Source: Candidatus Nealsonbacteria bacterium (lineage in GTDB: Bacteria; Patescibacteriota; Minisyncoccia; Minisyncoccales; MHMH01). Taken from it: a stretch of 42,794 nt of DNA. The stretch covers positions 1 through 42,794 of the forward strand of contig JACOYG010000001.1 of assembly GCA_016181985.1 (NCBI GenBank), given 5' to 3'. Positions within the stretch are counted from its first letter, which is position 1. Every line of letters begins with the position of its first letter. A model generated the notes under the pieces. That model ran no database searches. It was not told where the DNA came from and worked only from the letters and a program-made list of their open reading frames with translations. Below are positions 40,560-42,794 of this stretch, piece by piece. Made by a program: the position numbers and the translations under genes.

Positions 40560-40892
40560 CGTGTCTTGTAATAGACCGAGGGTGGGAGGGGGCAGCACCG
40601 ACTTATCAGCCGCGAGCAAAGGCCAGCGGCTACACAGTGAGGTGCTTAACGGCCCCCTCCCTACCGTTTTTCTGGCGAAGCGGCACATATCCGCTATCGC
40701 CGACCTGCCGGTACCTAATGACTTGGCGCTACCGGCTTGCGCCAGTAAACACTGGTAGATTCCCTTCGCGACGGGTAACCTCCAGCAAGAAAGGAGTCTT
40801 TTAGACACGAGGTTTTGAGGCCGGGGCCGTCAAAACTCCCTTCTTGCCGGAGGCAACGCCTCACAGCTCCCAAGCTAAGATCTATCCTCTAA
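40545..40892 (-). ncRNA. Candidate ~350 nt highly structured stand-alone RNA of unknown class
   Basis: GC-rich island with no credible ORF. Consensus promoter immediately upstream and terminator downstream. Multiple long helices whose only non-Watson-Crick positions are G:U on the minus strand (C:A on the plus strand), for example CCUCCGGCAAGAAGGGA / UCCUUUCUUGCUGGAGG. Confidence 0.6.
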
Positions 40893-40898
40893 CAAAAC

Positions 40899-40959
40899 AG
40901 TATAGCATGCCATTAAAAATTTGTCAAGACCTTGACAGGTTTTTATATTTTGATAGAAT
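40899..40959. promoter_or_regulatory. Back-to-back divergent sigma70-type promoters (minus: structured RNA; plus: nusA leader)
   Basis: Minus strand TTGACA (40922-40927) - 17 nt - TATACT (40899-40904). Plus strand TTGACA (40932-40937) - 16 nt - TAGAAT (40954-40959). Confidence 0.65.
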
Positions 40960-40988
40960 AAAATTAGATTAGAAAGATAAGAATTTTT

Positions 40989-41016
40989 TATCCGTTGGAA
41001 GACGGATACTTTTTTT
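40989..41016 (+). terminator. Leader terminator/attenuator hairpin upstream of nusA
   Basis: TATCCGT-TGGAAG-ACGGATA followed by CTTTTTTT, about 30-50 nt downstream of the plus-strand promoter and about 110 nt before the nusA ATG. Confidence 0.55.
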
Positions 41017-41027
41017 GAAAATCCCAA

Positions 41028-41123
41028 GCACGAAATCCTAAATCCGAAACGTATTTTGAATTTTGAAATTTAGAATTTAAATATTATTTCGAATTTCGAT
41101 ATTCGAATTTAGAATTTAATTTT
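41028..41123 (+). repeat. AT-rich palindromic repeat element copy N1 (immediately upstream of the nusA ATG)
   Basis: AAATCCCAAGCACGAAATCCTAAATCCGAAAC...AATTTAAATATTATTTCGAATTTCGATATT. The 30 nt right-hand core is identical to copy N2. Confidence 0.8.
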
Positions 41124-42470
41124 ATGTTTGATATCAAAAATTTTACTGCGGCGATCGCTCAAATTGCGGAAGAAAAGGGCATCTCCAAAGAGAAGGTTTT
41201 CGAAACAATCGAGATGGCTCTCGCCGCCGCCTACAAAAAAGATTACGGCGAAAAGGGCCAGATTATAAAAGCCAAACTCGACACGGTGTCGGGTTCGGTT
41301 AAGTTTTGGCAGGTAAAGCAGGTCTTAACCGAAGACATGATTTACACCGAGGAGGAGTTGGAAGCTATGAAAGATGAGAAAAATGAGGGGCCCGCCTCCG
41401 CTGAAGCTACGGCGGGCGAAGGAAAGGTCCGTTTTAATACGGAAAAGCACATAATGCTTAATGAAGCTAAAAAAATAAATCCCAAAATTAAGGCCGGAGA
41501 AGATCTGGAAACCATTTTGGAGACCCGCGAAGATTACGGCAGAATCGCCGCCCAAACCGCAAAACAGGTTATTTTGCAAAGAATAAAAGAAGCGGAAAGG
41601 GAATTTATTTTTTCCGAGTTTAAGTCAAAAGAAGGGGAGATACTTTCCGGCATCGTCCAGAGGGTGGAAGGCGGTTTGGTTTTTATGGATATTGGCAAAA
41701 CCCTGGGTTTATTGCCAAGGGAAGAGCAGGTCCCCGGAGAATTTTATCGTCCCGGCCAACGGCTTAAGGTTTATCTTTTAAGCGTGGAAGAAACGCCGAA
41801 AGGCCCGGCTATTCTTTTATCGCGGGCTTACCCAAAACTTATTTCCAAGCTTTTTGAATTGGAGGTTCCTGAGGTTTCCGCCGGCACGGTGGTCGTTAAA
41901 TCCGTGGCTAGGGAAGCCGGATCACGCTCCAAAATAGCGGTTGTTTCTTTGGCTGAAGGCGTAGACCCCATAGGCTCAATGGTTGGCCAAAGAGGCACGA
42001 GAGTTTCAGCGGTAATCAATGAGCTGGGAGGAGAAAAGATTGATATCATCGAATGGAAAGAAGCTCCGGAAGAATACATCGCCAACGCGCTGTCTCCGGC
42101 TAAAGTTGTCGAAGTTAGAATTTTACCGAAAAATAAAGCGTTAGCTGTCGTCCCGAACGATCAGCTTTCTTTGGCTATTGGCAAGGAGGGCCAAAACGTC
42201 AGACTGGCCGCGAAGCTTACCGGCTGGAAAATAGACGTAAGAAGCCCGGAACAAGCAGGGATCACGGTGACGGAAGAAACAGAAGAAAAAACAGAGGAAC
42301 CCTTCGACGCGGCTCAGGGCAAGGAGAAAAAGGAGGAGCTGGCCCAAGGCCAGTCCGCCTCGGGCGGAAAGCCAAAAAAGAAAAGAGCAACCAAAAAGAA
42401 ATCCGAAGCACGAAGCACGAAATCCGAAACAAATTCAAATGACGAAAATTCAAAATCCAAAACGGTTTAG
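41124..42470 (+). CDS. nusA: Transcription termination/antitermination factor NusA with repeat-derived C-terminal tail
   Basis: N-terminal domain, S1 (GEILSGIVQRVEGGLVFMDIG) and two KH domains (GQRGTRVSAVINELGGEKIDI; GKEGQNVRLAAKLTGWKIDV). The last ~24 codons and the stop lie inside repeat copy N2. Confidence 0.92.
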   Translation: MFDIKNFTAAIAQIAEEKGISKEKVFETIEMALAAAYKKDYGEKGQIIKAKLDTVSGSVKFWQVKQVLTEDMIYTEEELEAMKDEKNEGPASAEATAGEGKVRFNTEKHIMLNEAKKINPKIKAGEDLETILETREDYGRIAAQTAKQVILQRIKEAEREFIFSEFKSKEGEILSGIVQRVEGGLVFMDIGKTLGLLPREEQVPGEFYRPGQRLKVYLLSVEETPKGPAILLSRAYPKLISKLFELEVPEVSAGTVVVKSVAREAGSRSKIAVVSLAEGVDPIGSMVGQRGTRVSAVINELGGEKIDIIEWKEAPEEYIANALSPAKVVEVRILPKNKALAVVPNDQLSLAIGKEGQNVRLAAKLTGWKIDVRSPEQAGITVTEETEEKTEEPFDAAQGKEKKEELAQGQSASGGKPKKKRATKKKSEARSTKSETNSNDENSKSKTV

Positions 42471-42530
42471 AAGATTATAATTTAAATATTATTTCGAATT
42501 TCGATATTAGAATTTCGAATTTTAATTATT
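42398..42530 (+). repeat. AT-rich palindromic repeat element copy N2 (spans the nusA 3' end and downstream spacer)
   Basis: GAAATCCGAAGCACGAAGCACGAAATCCGAAACAAATTCAAATG...AATTTAAATATTATTTCGAATTTCGATATT, followed by ATGTTTTATATC, which echoes the nusA start ATGTTTGATATC after copy N1. Confidence 0.8.
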
Positions 42531-42544
42531 ATGTTTTATATCCC

Positions 42545-42794
42545 TATTATCGCGCCCTGCAGAATGATGACACTTCTGTCGTGAGCTCTCTGTTTTCACT
42601 TGGAAAAGTGTTTATTCCGGTTTTGGCTTACCTGGCAGTAAAGGAGGTTTTGTCACCAATGCAATATTTCGGATTTCTTATGGTGGTATTCGCCAGCGCG
42701 GCAGTTACCATGCAGAAAGGCAAAATTCTGCGTTTTCGCAAGTCGCTCTGGTATATGGCGCTGAGCGCGTTTATGCTCGCGATTGAAGCGACAA
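42545..42794 (+). pseudogene. 5'-truncated EamA/DMT-family transporter fragment (runs off the window end)
   Basis: Frame 2 reads YYRALQNDDTSVVSSLFSLGKVFIPVLAYLAVKEVLSPMQYFGFLMVVFASAAV..., which is the TM4-TM5 region of an EamA domain. There is no in-frame start upstream and the frame dissolves into the repeat. GC-richer codon usage than the rest. Confidence 0.45.

Noticed and set aside
40236-40808. 190 aa minus-strand ORF covering the GC-rich island
   Set aside because: It overlaps the well-supported pyrD-like CDS antisense. It has a low-complexity, Cys/Arg/Leu-rich translation and no SD. The region is better explained as a structured RNA plus the antisense strand of pyrD.
40545-40892. Calling the structured RNA RNase P RNA, tmRNA, SRP RNA or a cobalamin riboswitch
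   Set aside because: I could not find the P4 signature GGAAAGUCC/ACAGAA, a tRNA-like T-arm/acceptor with a tag ORF, or the SRP domain IV GGAA loop. The B12-like resemblance is weak and no gene follows on that strand. It is left as unknown class pending an Rfam scan.

Overview
AT-rich, gene-dense bacterial chromosome segment. It looks like a small-genome Patescibacteria/CPR-type organism; this is inferred from gene content (VirB2-like pilin family, four-helix-bundle IVS-type gene, TTG/GTG starts, in-frame repeat elements), not proven. The window spans the replication-origin neighbourhood: dnaA-dnaN on the minus strand, rpmH-rnpA-yidC-jag on the plus strand, and an AT-rich dnaA/dnaN spacer with a perfect DnaA box. 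Ordinary housekeeping genes are present: ruvB, comEA-like, yebC, ruvC, tyrS, PBP1, rsmA/ksgA, pnp, rpsO, cca, nusA and four tRNAs. Main non-housekeeping content: (1) An ~11.5 kb minus-strand VirB4/PrgI(VirB3)/VirB6-like type IV secretion-like module (11625-23122). It has no coupling protein or relaxase in view. Two large secreted proteins in it end in a VirB2/TrbC-like pilin hairpin, and a third free pilin gene lies at 31253-31681. (2) A stop-codon-rich TAGCGTCTAG-type repeat family at four loci. One copy lies exactly between the two halves of a split VirB4. Two inverted copies bracket a four-helix-bundle (23S-IVS/Avd-like) gene, giving an IVS-like cassette inside the operon. (3) A second AT-rich palindromic repeat family. 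It is inserted in frame in rsmA, lies just upstream of nusA, and supplies the C-terminal tail and stop codon of nusA. (4) A ~350 nt GC-rich, highly structured minus-strand RNA candidate of unknown class, with a consensus promoter and terminator. (5) GC-rich promoter-gene-terminator cassettes that look horizontally acquired. (6) An HTH-Fic plus minimal nucleotidyltransferase pair, a frameshifted RelE-type toxin with its antitoxin, an rpsO-NYN-pnp operon, a membrane-anchored amidase-NagZ fusion and a PHP-pyrC-pyrD island. No rRNA, CRISPR array, transposase or integrase was seen. All calls come from reading the sequence and the ORF track; no database search was run.
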